The notes: generated by a model not told the origin, from the sequence alone. Positions 16,397-30,613 are shown, numbered from the stretch's first letter. The stretch is 64,000 nucleotides of DNA from Eledone cirrhosa (GCA_964016885.1 OZ024742.1:247256001-247320000), one strand, 5' to 3'. Translations and numbers: made by a program.

Positions 16397-18480
16397 CAAA
16401 ACAACAACAAGAGTAGCAGCAATAACAACAGCAACAGCAACAACAACAACAGTAGTAGCAAGACAAACAATAACAACAGCAATAACAACACCACCACCAA
16501 CAACAACAGTAGTAGCAAGACAAACAATAGCAACACCACCACCACCAACAACTGTAGTAGCAAGACAAACAATAACAACAGCAATAACAACACCGCCAAC
16601 AACAACAACAGTAGTAGCAAGACAAACAATAACAACACCACCACCAACAACAACAGTAGTAGCAAGGCAAACAATAGCAACAGCAATAGCAACATCACCA
16701 CCAACAACAACAACAGTAGTAGCAAGACAAACAATAACAACACCACCACCAACAACAACAGTAGTAGCAAGGCAAACAATAGCAATAGCAATAGCAACAT
16801 CACCAACAACAACAGTAGTAACAAGACAAACAATAACAACAGCAATAACAACACCACCACCAACAACAACAGTAGTAGCAAGGCAAACAATACCAACAGC
16901 AATAACAACACCACCACCAACAACAACAGTAGTAGCAAGACAAACAATAACAACAGCAATAACAACACCACCACAAACAACAACAGTAGTAACAAGACAA
17001 ACAATAACAACCGCAATAACAACACTACCACCAACAACAACAGTAGTAGCAAGACAAACAACAACAACGCCACCACAAACAACAACAGTAGTAGCAAGAC
17101 AAACAATAACAACAGCAATAACAACACCACCACCAACAACAACAGTAGTAGCAAGACAAACAATAACAACAGCAATAACAACACCACCACCAACAACAAC
17201 AGTAGTAACAAAACAAACAATGACAACCGCAATAACAACACCACCACCAACAACAACAGTAGTAGCAAGACAAACAATAACAACACCACCAACAACAACA
17301 ACAGTAGTAACAAGACAAACAATAACAACCGCAATAACACCACCACCACCAACAACAACAGTAGTAGCAAGACAAACAATAACAACCGCAATAACACCAC
17401 CACCACCAACAACAACAGTAGTAGCAAGACAAACAACAACAACGCCACCACCAACAACAACAGTACTAGCAAGACAAACAATAACAACACCACCACCAAC
17501 AACAAGAGTAGTAGCAAGACAAACAATAACAACACCACCACCAACAACAAGAGTAGTAGCAAGACAAACAATAACAACACCACCACCAACAACAACAGCA
17601 GTAGCAAGACAAACAATAACAACAGCAATAGCAACATCACCAACAACAACAACAGTAGTAGCAAGACAAACAATAACAACAGCAATAACAACACCACCAC
17701 CAACAACAACAGTAGTAGCAAGACAAACAATAACAACAGCAATAACAACAACAGTAGCAGCTACAGCAACAATAGCAGCAGCGGTAACAACAACAGGAAA
17801 AGCAGCAATAACACCACAACTACTAACAACAACAGTAGTAGCAATACAAATAATAACAACAGCAATGACAACAACATCAGCAGCAACATTAACAATAACA
17901 GCAACAGCTACTACAGCAACAGCAATAACAACAACAAGAGAAGCAGCAACAACAGCAGTAGTGATACAAACAACAACAACATCATTAGTAGTAGCAACAC
18001 AACAACAACATAGACAGCAATTATAAAACTCAATTATAAAACTCAAACAAGAACAACAACAACAACAGTAGCAGTAGCAATACAAACAACAACAGCAACA
18101 ACAACAACAACAACAGCAATAACAGCAACACGACAACAGCAAAGGCAGAACAATTATAAAACTCAACAACAACAACAGCAATAACAGCAACACGACAACA
18201 GCAAAGGCAGAACAATTATAAAACTCAACAACAACAACAGCAATAACAGCCACACAACAACAGCAAAGGCAGAACAATTATCAAACTCAAACGACAACAA
18301 CAACAACAACTATAGTAGAAGCAGCAACACAAACAACAACAACAGCAACAACAACAATAACGCCAACAGCACTAACAAAAATAAGAGCTACAACTAAGGA
18401 AACAACAAAAAGAGGAATAATTTTAAAACTTAAGCAAAGAGAGCAAAAAACCTGAACAACAATAAAGCTCAAGCGACAAC
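16397..18480. repeat. (CAA/ACA)-based compound minisatellite; variable, mostly ~40-57-bp units containing gtagtagcaagacaaacaataacaac
   Basis: About 25 visible unit copies built from triplets, plus degenerate flanking (CAA/CAG) repeats. Confidence 0.9.
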
Positions 18481-18542
18481 AAGAAGAACAAGAAGTGTAG
18501 AATTTGAGAAGTGAGAAAGTGAAACAAAGAATGTAAAGTTAG

Positions 18543-18939
18543 TGCGAAGATGAAAGACGTTGCCGATATATTAGATATATCAGAACATATCAGTGGAAGC
18601 TATCGACAGAGCAGGCAGCTCAGTAAAGTTTCTTATCCAAACTTTTCGAGTATATAACATCAGGTGTATACCAATGAATTTTATTAGCAATAGTTAAAGT
18701 ACGTACCTATACATGTATCTCTATATATGTATCTCTATATATTTTTTATGAGTATGTATATATTTGTATGTATAGGTACGTACTTTAACTATTGCAAATA
18801 AAATTCATTGGTATACACCTGATGTTATATACTCGAAAAGTTTGGATGAGAAACTTTACTGAGCTGCCTGCTCTGTCGATAGCTTCCACTGATATGTTCT
18901 GATATATCTAATATATCGGCAACGTCTTTCATCTTCGCA
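18543..18939. mobile_element. Fold-back element, family F; arms ~172 bp, ending in (TA)n
   Basis: tgcgaagatgaaagacgttgccg...gtacgtacctataca is mirrored by tgtataggtacgtac...cggcaacgtctttcatcttcgca. No intact HHR core recognised. Confidence 0.9.
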
Positions 18940-18950
18940 TATATATATAT

Positions 18951-19703
18951 TAAAAAATTAGGGTTGGTGCTCTGAAACACCGATGTATACATGAATGTAT
19001 GTATAGTATATTTGGCAATATACTGTATGTTAAATTAAAAACATTTTGAAGACCTTGCGCTTTTATTTTAAAGTAGTGACTATGTCACTTACTTTTTTTT
19101 TCAGCAAAGGAAGGGAGATAAGCTGACAGATCTGTTTCACACTGTTGGTATTCATCAGAGCCTAGCACTCGCCGACCTTTCCCGAAAATTATAGAAGCTG
19201 GATTCTTATAGAATTCCAATAATAATTCTTATAGAATTCCAGTAATAATCAGGAACTGATTACACAAAGCGATTGCCGGTCCAGCAAAAAATTTAAATTA
19301 GGATTGGTGCTCTAAAATAACGATGTATACTGTATGTATAGTAGAAGTAAGTCACTACTTTAAAATAATAGCGCAAGGTCTTCAAAATGTTTTTAATTAA
19401 ACATACAATATATTGCCAAATATACTATACATACATTCATGTATACATCGTTATTTCAGAGCACCAATCCTAATTTTAAATTTTTGCTGGACCGCCAATC
19501 GCTCTGTATAATCAGTTCCTGATTATTACTGGAATTCTATTCTATCCAGCCCCTATAATTTTCGGCAAAGGTCGGCGAGTGCTAGGATCTGATGAACACC
19601 AACACTGGGAAACAGATCTGTCAGCTTATCTCCCTTCCTTTGCTGAAAAACGAAGTAGTGACATAGTCACTACTTTAAAATAATAGCGCAAGGTCTTCAA
19701 CAT
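18951..19703. mobile_element. Family G: two oppositely oriented, differently permuted copies of a ~320-340-bp HHR-bearing monomer
   Basis: 18957-19008 recurs at ~19297-19343, and 19350-19385 recurs at ~19666-19700. The two halves are reverse complements of the same monomer. Confidence 0.85.
19121..19162 (-). ncRNA. Type I hammerhead ribozyme (mirror copy 19585-19626 on plus)
   Basis: Reverse complement reads ggct-CTGATGA-ATAC-caaca-GTGT-GAAAC-AGATCT-GTC-agct; palindromic stem III ACAGATCTGT and GUC triplet. Confidence 0.8.
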
Positions 19704-21230
19704 TTTTTCGACGTTACATTTGTAGACAATGTTACTGGAGAGGCATTTCCCGGATAGAGGGCAGTCAACCCGATTCCTACAATTACAGTTAGGTCTAGTT
19801 ACAGGGTTGCACGTGTTCCTACGGCTAGGTAATTTAGTTAAGTTTGAAGCATTGATGTTATGTGCAAGGTTAGGAGTCGTAGAATAAGATATTTTAATGG
19901 TACTGCTATTAAAAATTCTATTATATTTACGTGCTGAGGGGAAATACTTCTTAATAAGGGAGAGAACGATCTTAGCTAATGGTGTGGCCACCTCCATATT
20001 ATATCGTGGGTTATACAATATAATGCGTCGGGATCTATTCTTCCTTGGTCTATGCTCATATTCAGTATATGCTACCTTATCGACAAACCCACTCCGAGCA
20101 AGAGCTTCATTGTAATATATAGGATGGTCGGTGAAAATATGCTCGTTTGTAGATAGACGGGAAAACCTCAAAGCCTCAGGTTCTTGATTATGGTGGCAGG
20201 AAGTTTAGAATGCTTACTTATGTAATTAAGCGTATCATTCGGCTTTCTATACGGGTAGTGCAAGCCATTCGACAAATTGAGGGTAACGTCGAGGTAATTA
20301 ACGACCGAGAGGTTGGCCTCAACCTTTATGGAGAGGTTGAAGCCTTTAAAGAAGGCTGTGAGTTCTTTTCTGAACCTGTCGCAAGCACGTGGGCCGCACT
20401 TTGTCATGGTCAAAAGACCATCATCGTGGTACAAACCAGCGCCCACATTGGGGAATTCTACCTTGATAGGGAAAAGAAAGAAAAGACTGATAAGATCTCT
20501 GACCTCCGCAGAATCACTGGCGCCCATACTCGCATCAAATGGGGAACTACTAGATATTGTTATCCAAATAGAGTCGTCGAAATTAATCACCGACTTACGG
20601 GCATTGAGGATGACATTAACTTCGAAATCCTTAACCACCGTGAGCGCTTTAGCGAAATTGATAGCTCTAAGAAGAAGTGTTAAAGTAATGGGGGAGTAAT
20701 GGTTATTGATGTCGAATTGGATAAAACAGCAATGTTCCTTGTATATGCTATTGAACCAATCAATCACCGTGAAAGAATTATTTCACAGTGCAAGAGGGGC
20801 GAACCTTCTAATTTCAGGTATAATTCTATCTAAAATCCTTTTACTAAGTCTACCTAAAGCAGACTTCGTAGGGTTAATAAGGCCAATAGAGGGGTTGTTG
20901 GCGAAATCGGGTTTGTGATCCTTCAGGGTAAAGTGGGGAGAAATAGGGTCTAGAGGTTCAGTCCGGTCCTGGATGTTGAGTTAAGAAATGATTTTAAACC
21001 CAGCGTCGTTCATGTCATTAATGACACTCCGATTGGTTTTCCGGTAATCCTTATTTACAGCATTATGTAGCAGTTGATGGTAAGTACTGCGCTCCACTTG
21101 GTATAGATTGCCAGTTTTGTCGGAGTGGGCGTACACGGTATTAGAATCCTTAATGGAGCGAATTCTATTTTTCAGGTCCTGCTGGAAGGAATTGCTCCTA
21201 TTCCGAAATTTGATACTCCGTAATTAATTG
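19704..21230 (-). mobile_element. Penelope-like element RT pseudogene, truncated at the start of the GIY-YIG domain
   Basis: SDKTGNLY N-terminal motif, FIQFDI, MGASDSAEV, LYHDDGL, NYLDVTLNL, PYRKPND, TIKISYS, and Cys-rich linker CNCRNRVDCPLSGKCL..NIVY. Confidence 0.9.
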
Positions 21231-21232
21231 CG

Positions 21233-21575
21233 TCCATAGTGGTATGCCAAATGAGCACTCGATGCTCATGGAGATCAGAGTATCAATAGTATTAATATAT
21301 AAGGGAATAAAGAATCAGTATTACATCATATACACATTTAATTACATATAACATATGTTTCCCTCTCGATCAGATCGAAGAACGATCTGTTAATTATCGA
21401 AACTGACTCTGTAATTGGAAGCTCCGTAGATATGTTTTAACATGTAGACTCACGTCTGAGAGTCAGGTTCGATCATTAATAGATCGTTCCTCGAGTTGAT
21501 TGACAGTGAAACATAAGTAGCATGTAATTAAATATGTATTTGATGCAACACTGATTCTTTGTTCTCTTATATATA
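21233..21575. mobile_element. Diverged fold-back element, family H, directly upstream of the PLE ORF (putative inverted pseudo-LTR)
   Basis: Arms ~21295-21410 / ~21459-21575. Tail 21233-21290 matches the reverse complement of 38650-38705. Degenerate HHR on minus (catat-ctacgga...GAAACATATGTT-atatg). Confidence 0.7.
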
Positions 21576-21576
21576 T

Positions 21577-21727
21577 ATAGTTATAATAATAAATGTGAAG
21601 ATTAAAATCCAAAGAAGGCTCGATAAGGATAAATATATATCAAATATATAAGAGTTTCAGAAGTTCTCGTTAAGGGTGAAAGCAAGCAGTGAGTCTTTGT
21701 TTAAATTTTAATCTGTTATTTTAATAT
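21577..21727. mobile_element. Family B element (inverted end joined to HHR-containing arm) in (TA)n
   Basis: The first ~75 bp match 39303-39375; the remainder matches 24417-24485. Confidence 0.75.
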
Positions 21728-21752
21728 ATATATATATATGTATATATGTACG

Positions 21753-22110
<358 letters not shown>

Positions 22111-22537
22111 ATCCTGGGTCATGCCCACATAACGCTCTCCAGTACTTTACCACGAACACTCTGTGACTTCATCATTTCCTGAACACAATCTCTTATTTCT
22201 ACCACCATGGTCTTTTACCACATAATTCCAACAAGCTTATTTTATATTACACCTAGTTTATCCATTTCTTCATTTGCACTCTCTATTATTTTAGCCACGA
22301 ACTTTCTTATTTTAAACACCCCAAACTTTTTTTACAAATTCAACACTTATTTTGTTATATTTTATACTTATTTTACACTTATATTATCCACTTATTTACT
22401 TCATCTTTTCCTGAACATTCTCTCTTATTTTAACCCCTCTGGGCCTTTATCACAAACTTTCATCAACAAAATATTTTTATAGCTCTGTGCTATACATAGA
22501 GCACGCGTTTTTCCTTTGGTTTCTCTTCGGACTTACC

Positions 22538-22845
<308 letters not shown>

Positions 22846-23099
22846 ATATATATATATATATTTGTTTATTTATTTGTTTATTTACATGTTACTGGCTGGT
22901 TGATTGTTCTATGTGTGTGTTTTCATTTTGTCCTTAATTGTAAGTTGTGATGTTGCTATTCCATTCATGTTTTCTATTTAATTTAGGTTGGAGTTCATTT
23001 ATGTTTATTGCCTCTGTGATTTGACTAAACATTGCGTCTTTTCTGTGTGTAGATTCTATTTTTATTTTTATGTTCTCTAATTTACCCTTATGTTCTCAT

Positions 23100-23348
23100 T
23101 TAAGATGGCGTAGGACAGAACAAAGGAGAGGCACAAAAACAAAGAAAAGAATCTCTAGTCACTGAAGAGGTCACAAAATGCGTGACGTAAGACCTTTAAC
23201 AATATATGAACAATCGTCTGGTTGTGGAACCAACAAACCAACCGGAAATTTATAAATTCTTATATTTATGAATTTAATTTATAATAAATTGGAGTGAAAG
23301 CAGCTGGTGCATGTGTTTCTTATTGGCAACATGACCCTCCCAAAGCAT

Positions 23349-23355
<7 letters not shown>
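23100..23355 (+). mobile_element. Family J element with decayed hammerhead (CTGAAGA-GGTCAC...GTGAC-gtaa)
   Basis: Reverse-complement homologue of 61832-62100; ends ttggcaacatgaccctcccaaagcataacaa followed by (TA)n. Confidence 0.75.
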
Positions 23356-23384
<29 letters not shown>

Positions 23385-23481
23385 GAGTGAAACAACATTC
23401 TATGAGTACATCAAAGAATGAGTTTTACAGTAGATTGGAAGCACTCTATTGGTAAAAAAAAAAAAAATGTCCTGAGTTATT

Positions 23482-23644
23482 AATATTAAAATACAAATAT
23501 TAATAACATAGATGTTCTTTTGATCAATTAAATTTTATTAGACAAATTTCAGTAAGTCCTGATGAGGACGTACAGTTGTACCTCTGAAATATGTATAATA
23601 AAATTTAATTGATCAAAAGAATATCTATTTTATTAATATTTGTA

Positions 23645-23652
<8 letters not shown>
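23482..23652. mobile_element. Fold-back element, family K; the loop contains an HHR core (23559 onward, plus)
   Basis: Arms ~23482-23552 / 23584-23652; CTGATGA-GGACGTAC-agtt-GTACCTCT-GAAATATGTATA; same HHR type as 37595-37660. Confidence 0.8.
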
Positions 23653-23675
<23 letters not shown>

Positions 23676-23720
23676 GAAAAAGAACACAAGAGCGTCTACA
23701 ACATCAAAAGATTTTTTATT

Positions 23721-23769
23721 GGCTAACAATGTTTCTTCCTTACGTGTAGCCGTAGGATTCATCAGAGCT
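23721..23769 (-). ncRNA. Type I hammerhead ribozyme in a ~130-bp element between TA tracts
   Basis: Reverse complement reads agct-CTGATGA-ATCCTACG-gctaca-CGTAAGGA-A-GAAAC-ATT-GTT-agcc. Confidence 0.7.
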
Positions 23770-23914
23770 ATCAAAGGGGTTTGATTGGTGTTATGAACTC
23801 TACCAAACCATATATATATATATATATATAAAATATATATATATAAAATATATAAAATGTGTATATGTGGAATATATATGTGTGTATATATATATGTATA
23901 AAATGTATGGAATA

Positions 23915-24005
<91 letters not shown>

Positions 24006-24416
24006 AAAATATATATATATGTATGTATGGGATATATAGGATGTGTATATATATATGTATGTATATGAGATATATATATGTGTGTGTGTGTATGAGATAT
24101 ATATCTATACTATAAGGCTGACGGCCGTATGTAGGTAACAAACTTTCCGCCAAACGGCTGGACTAAACAGCACCACATTTACACCATAGATGTAACATAT
24201 TACAAGTACAAAAGTGAGGGTAATTTCGTCTACTGAGTTTTCTTAAAAGATTAAAGACATTATTTAAATATTAACTTCTTTCATTTTCAAATGTCAACAC
24301 TTCCTGTTATACGACACTCCTAACGTCTTCACGAACCAAAGTATCATCTACCACTTTCCTTTCGGTTGCAATGTTTTTCGAAATATTTACTTCTGCGTTC
24401 ACAGATTGATTCTTTT

Positions 24417-24467
24417 AGTTTCAGAAGATCCCGTGAAGGGTGAAAGCAGCGATTCTTTGCTTAAACT
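24417..24467 (+). ncRNA. Type I hammerhead motif with CAGAAGA core variant (family B, element ~24300-24490)
   Basis: agttt-CAGAAGA-TCCC-gtgaa-GGG-T-GAA-AGCA-gcgattctt-TGCT-T-aaact. Confidence 0.65.
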
Positions 24468-24901
24468 TTAATCTGTTATTTTAAAATATATATATATAAT
24501 TATATATTCGTGTAGAGATATTTTTGCAGACACAAAAACAAAATATAAACAATCGTATTTATTTCACGAAAGCACAGACTGCTTCAAGTCATTGTTACTG
24601 CCGAAATGCCACCCAAAAATGTCCTAGCCTGGCCTCAAGATCAGATTTTCCAGAAGAAAAAATGTTACTAGAGCGACAGAGAGACTAAGCTTCGCGATTA
24701 CCATCAACAAAGTTCAGGGTCAAACCCAAAAATTGGCTGGCCTTCATCTGGGAAAACCATGGTCAATTGTATGTAGGATGCTCTAGGGTGAGCTAAGGAA
24801 GAGGTGAGGAAGGAGAGAAGGGGAAAAGAAACCTACACTGAAAGAACATCTTAAAGTTTACCCAAGCGAAATGTTGTATTTATTAACATTTCTATCTGCA
24901 G

Positions 24902-24933
24902 GTTCTTAGCAAGCTCACTGGCGCTTCAGTATG
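24902..24933 (+). CDS. Candidate micro-exon (FLASSLALQY-G) of an unidentified host gene
   Basis: Strong acceptor tttctatctgcag; donor ambiguous (gtattc or gtatgg); phase-compatible with neighbouring candidates. Confidence 0.3.
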
Positions 24934-25409
24934 GTATTCAATTCTCATATCGTTTTTAGTTGATATGGTGCATATATCGCAGCTGTTCATGTGTTTTAAA
25001 CATTAGATAACGATTGCTGATGTATATTGTACGACAGAATTACCTGAAAAATATTTTGAATGAACAAATATAATAGATATAAAGATAAATGTTTGTTGGT
25101 TGTTTCCTTTGCGTATCACACGAAAAAAAAAACGAAAAGTGACAATCGGAAAGTATGTACAGGATTGGGATAAGACCATATCCAGGAAAGTCTATTGATA
25201 CTAATGTTATAACACCAAAGAAGAAGAAAGACATACCACGTATGCTAACCAACCTGACTGCTATTTCTAGCAGGTTGGGAATCAACCAAAAGGGATTCTC
25301 TCTGCGAGTTCGTTGTCAGTGATGATCGTGTTTCGCGGCCTATGTCTCCGATTCTAAACGGTGCATTACACACACACCCGCACACGCACACACATGAACA
25401 CTCACACAG

Positions 25410-25449
<40 letters not shown>

Positions 25450-25546
25450 TCAAACACACACACACATATATATATATATATACACATACTCACCCATACA
25501 CACGAACACTCACAAACACAGACACGTATATATACACAAACACACA

Positions 25547-25597
<51 letters not shown>

Positions 25598-25671
25598 ACA
25601 CACACACGTTTACTCTTCAGCCGGTTTTCTCTTATCATTTGTTAACCTTGGCGAAACTGGGTACCTCAGCT

Positions 25672-26406
25672 AGTATATATATATATATATATATGTGGGG
25701 TATATATAATATATATATAGGATATGTATAGTATATATATAGGATGTATATATGTGTGGGATATATATGTGGTATAGGTATAAGATATATATACTGTGTA
25801 TATAAAATGTATGTATGGTACATGTGTAAAATATATATATGGTATGTGTATCGGATGTATATATATATGTATGTAGAAGATATATATGTGTGTGTATGTG
25901 GTGTAATATATGTATGTGTATGAAATATATGTATATGTATGTATAGAATATATATATATATATATGTATATGTATAAAATATATATGTGTGTATGTGTGT
26001 AAAATATATATAATTGTATATGTAAGATATATATATATGTGTGTATATAGAAAATATATATATGTATGTATATAAAATATATATATATATGTAAAATATA
26101 TATATATGTGTGTATATGAGATATATATATATGTATATGTATAAAATATGTGTAATATATATGTATGTATAATGTGTATGTGCATGTGTGTATAAGATAT
26201 GTATATGTGTATATATATATATAAATGTGCGTTTGTATAATATGTATATATGTGTATAGTGTATGTATATATATAGTATATATGTATATATATAGTGTAT
26301 ATATATATATGTTCTGTGTGTATATATATATATGTATAATATATATAACATGTGTGTGGGGTATGTGTGGGTGTGTATATATCTGTGCGTATGTATGTGT
26401 GTGTAT

Positions 26407-26500
<94 letters not shown>

Positions 26501-26538
26501 CTGCAACCAGAGCTTCGATTATGCTGAACTTCCATTTG

Positions 26539-26575
<37 letters not shown>

Positions 26576-26577
26576 AT

Positions 26578-26610
<33 letters not shown>

Positions 26611-26650
26611 AATGTGTTGATATGTGTATGTGTATGTATGTAATATATAT
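25672..26650. repeat. Degenerate (TA)n/(TG)n microsatellite complex
   Basis: Directly visible. Confidence 0.9.
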
Positions 26651-27538
26651 GGACTGTAGATATATTTACATATAGGGAAGTGAATATATGAGCTAGCACC
26701 CCCTCCCCCACCACCACACACTTCCTCCTCCAAACCAATATCAACAACACATCTTTGACAAATGTTCCTAAACTATCCTTCTTTTCTCTTTTTGCTCTCA
26801 TCCCATTCTTATCAAAAGACATGTATCTTACACCACATCAAAACGCAGACAAGTACCTAAATTCATTTTTGATATAGAACTTTGTAGAATATATTCTTTA
26901 TAAATTTAAGAGATTTGATTCAGCTATGCCATTATATACTCATCAAAGGTCAGCTAATGAAATAAAACCAGCAGGAGAGGATGTTTACAACCACCTCCTC
27001 AAACACCCTTATCTTGCAACCTCACTATTTTCTTAGTGTATATATGTTTGTGTGTATGTGTGTGTGTGTGTGCGTGTGTGTGTATGTATGCTTTAATTCC
27101 TCTAAATCTTCATCATCATCAACACTCATTACCCCCCCCCCACACACACACACACCAGGCACATCCAAATCTCTCTTATAGATAGTCACACATCGCAACA
27201 CAACCTGATCTCAGTTTCACAATCGCCACAGACGAATGCGAGAAAGTTCTCCAACAAAAGTTACCCAGAAATCTTTAAAATTCTTCCCATCGAAGTTAAA
27301 AAAGAACTTACGAGATCTACCAACTCATAATATTATAATATTATAAAATTAAATCAAATTATTTAACATACAAGTGAAGTCATTCTTTTCCTTTTTTCAA
27401 ATATATATAATAATATTTATAGTTATGTATATACTATAAACAACTACAAACAGGAAAGGTTAGTAATTTATTACTCCCTTATTACCAGTAAGAGAAATAG
27501 CTCAATGTAAGAACATCAGTCGTTTTACAGAGTAGGAA

Positions 27539-30364
27539 AATAAATAAATTAGACAATTATCAAAGTTGTGTTCGAAACTTCAACTTAAGTATCACCTAGG
27601 ATAAAAACACTAAAAACGTTAACTTCCTTGATGCTACCCATTGCCTAGACTCTAAAATTTACACACACTATCATAAACCTAACGAAAAATTAATTTATGT
27701 GAATACCAACTCTAACTATCCTAAATCCATATTAAACTCTATTACTAAAGGAATATCTAATACAATCTCAAATCTATCATATAATGAAACCATATTTAAC
27801 AATAATTCACAATTCTATAATGAGGCCCTAGCTAAATCAGGACATAACGGAATTGAATTCCTACCTATAAAATCACATAGTTACAACATTATTTCTCATA
27901 ATATGGCCATGACGAAAAATAATAAAAGTACTAGCCCCTATAACTCTAAGACGAAGGGTAATAACAAACTTAACTCGCACCAAAATAAACACCACGATAA
28001 TAATATAAACAGGGATGCAAATACCTAAAAAAAACATTACTAAAAACAAATATAGAAGAACTAATACATTCTTCAATCCCCCTTTCAATATAAACGTCTC
28101 TACCAACTTGCCTAAGGCTTTCTTCTCAATCTTAGAAAAAAACTTCCCATCCGGCCACAAGTACCATAATCTTATCAATAGAAATACCATTAAAATCTCG
28201 TACTCCACCACACCTAACATAGCATACCATATAGCTAGTAGTAATAAAAGGAAGATTAATAATTATTTCCAACTAATTCAAACACAACAGGAGGTAAACT
28301 TAGTACCTGTAAACCATAGTAGTAATAATAGTAATAATGATAATAGCACTAATGAAATCAATAACAATACGAATGACAGATATCATTACCCTAGTGCTAT
28401 CCCTAGCAACCAGAATTCTTCACAACATAGTAACCGGCAAGCTAACATCCAGAATAAATGTAACTAATAGAACTTGCCCCTTAGATAATAATTGTTTAAC
28501 CAAAGACATCATCTACTCATGCACCGTCTTCTCTTCTAAAAAATATATAGGCTCTACTTCGAACAGCTTCAAGACGAGATACAACTCGCACCTCCACTCT
28601 TTCAAAAAACACAATCTAGCCAGCTCCACTTCTTTATTTAGCTACGTACACTCTCTGAAAACTAGGAATAGACCATTTACACTGCAATGTGAAGTAGTAG
28701 GTAGGGCCTCATCGTATAAACCACCGAATAAATTGTGTAATCTCTGTCTTCTAGAGACCCATACCATAATCTTTTCGAAACTAGACCTCCTTAATAGAAA
28801 GTCAGAGACATTTTCCTCGTGCCAACACCGATACCGGCACTAGTTCCATAACTTTAAACCTAGCTGTTAGTATACAACAATGTCAGATTTGAATTCCCCA
28901 CCACCTTTAACACTTCACATCTAGGACTTATCAGCACCCACAATCACACACTCTTTGATCAACTCTTTCCTCTACACAACTCCTATTTATCTTTAACCTT
29001 ATCCTCTGCAATAACAGTTAGAATTAAACATAAAGTTACCACCTTGTGATATAACTACAATAGATTAATTATATTATATACAGTAATTGATATTTAGTAT
29101 GTAGAGACATTTAATGTAATATGTGATAATAAACTATATATACATTCATAATTATATAATTAAATATTTAAATTAATAACATGCCTATAAGGGATCTACC
29201 TTTAACACAACATAATAATTGTTTCTACTTTTTGGCACAAGGCCAGCAATTACCCAGTGCATTACTGGCACTTTATTTTATCGACCCCGTAAGGATGAAA
29301 GGCAAAGTCAACAATAAAGTATATATACATTTATAATTAAATATAAAATGTAATAGTATTGTATATTGGGAATTAACTTTTAAAACAATAATGTATATTA
29401 TTACACATAGGATATATCTATTTGGACATATTAACAGCGATACAATTCTTCATAACATATACCTTGTCCAGTAATGAATAGATAACAATCTAAATAGACC
29501 TTTAATGTAAATTACACTGTATTTAAAATCAAGTATAAAGATTCAATGGTAACACATTATAATGTGTATTTGAGCAAAGCATTTAAATAAGTGAATTGAA
29601 TTTAATTAGCTAGTTACCTCCCCTTACGCATTAGCTCCCCTTATACACTTCCGGAAATTAACGATTGGAAAATTTACCGGTTGATCAACTATAGTCCATG
29701 AATATGAATATAATAAGACTAATTTACAATCTATTGCTCTAACTAACTTAAAACATTCAATATAAATATTAACTAAATTTAATTCAACATATGTCATGGG
29801 AAAGACTGCAAAAACTATGTCTCTCAACACACACAAATTCAAACACTATCAACATACTATATCCACCATAGATTTTAATACATTAACATATTTGCTTAAA
29901 GTGCAGTATTTACTTATCTATATATGCATAATAACTTTGCTTGTTTCCTTCTCATATATATGACTAACGCAGTTGCACTCTCCACATGCCTGCATATGTA
30001 TTGCTAATGTACCCTTCCTTTCTCAAAACTCATTTCTGAATGCCTCTTTAATTATTGGACTATTCTCTTGTTTTATCTGTTGCATATATTCCACTCTGTG
30101 CTTTTAATTTGAATTTGAATTTTTGTACAATTATTGTACAATTCTCGGAAAATATGTCACATCCATTCCACCCTGTAAATACGAAACTGTTGCTCACAAC
30201 ATCAATATATGTGTATCTATATTATTATTCAGTTGGATAGGAGGCTAATTATATGTACAAACATTAATAATACCCAGTTGACCCCAAACGAGAGTTTGGA
30301 AGAAACGATTGTCAGCTATTAAATGATTTGAACACAACTTTGATAATTGTCTAATTTATTTATT
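27539..30364 (+). mobile_element. 5'-truncated Penelope-like element with GIY-YIG endonuclease remnant, long 3' UTR and a 35-bp inverted copy of its 3' end at the 5' junction
   Basis: YHKPNE, FFNPPF, TIKISYSTTPN, CPLDNNCL..IIYSCTV..KYIGSTSNSFKTRY and CNLCLLE motifs. 27539-27573 is the reverse complement of 30330-30364. Decayed HHR near 30275-30318. Confidence 0.85.
29215..29312 (-). mobile_element. Truncated SINE inserted in the PLE 3' UTR
   Basis: aattgtttctacttttt ggcacaaggccagcaattacccagtgc...ggatgaaaggcaaagtcaac. Confidence 0.85.
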
Positions 30365-30545
30365 ATATATGTGTGTGTGTGTGTGTGTGTATGCACACAT
30401 ATATCTTTTTCTATATTGCTATATATTTTTATATATTATTTTTCTTACCCTTCTTTTCTTACATATATTTCACGTTATTTTTCCAGCCTCACTTCCAATT
30501 TTTAACAGATTTTAAATTTCATTTCATATTTTTCATCCATAACAT

Positions 30546-30613
30546 CTCTGTCTGACGACGGATCTAGACATGTATTATTATTATCTGGGATCCAGAAACC
30601 TTTGGTAATGGAG
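30546..30613 (+). ncRNA. Type I hammerhead ribozyme (family I, element ~30440-30710)
   Basis: ctctgt-CTGACGA-C-GGATC...GATCC-A-GAA-ACC-ttt-GGT-A-atggag; all three stems can be drawn. Confidence 0.8.

Noticed and set aside
16279-18277. Mucin-like or poly-Leu/Val long ORFs as real genes
   Set aside because: They are open on both strands because of triplet-repeat composition, with no signal peptide, domain or splice context.
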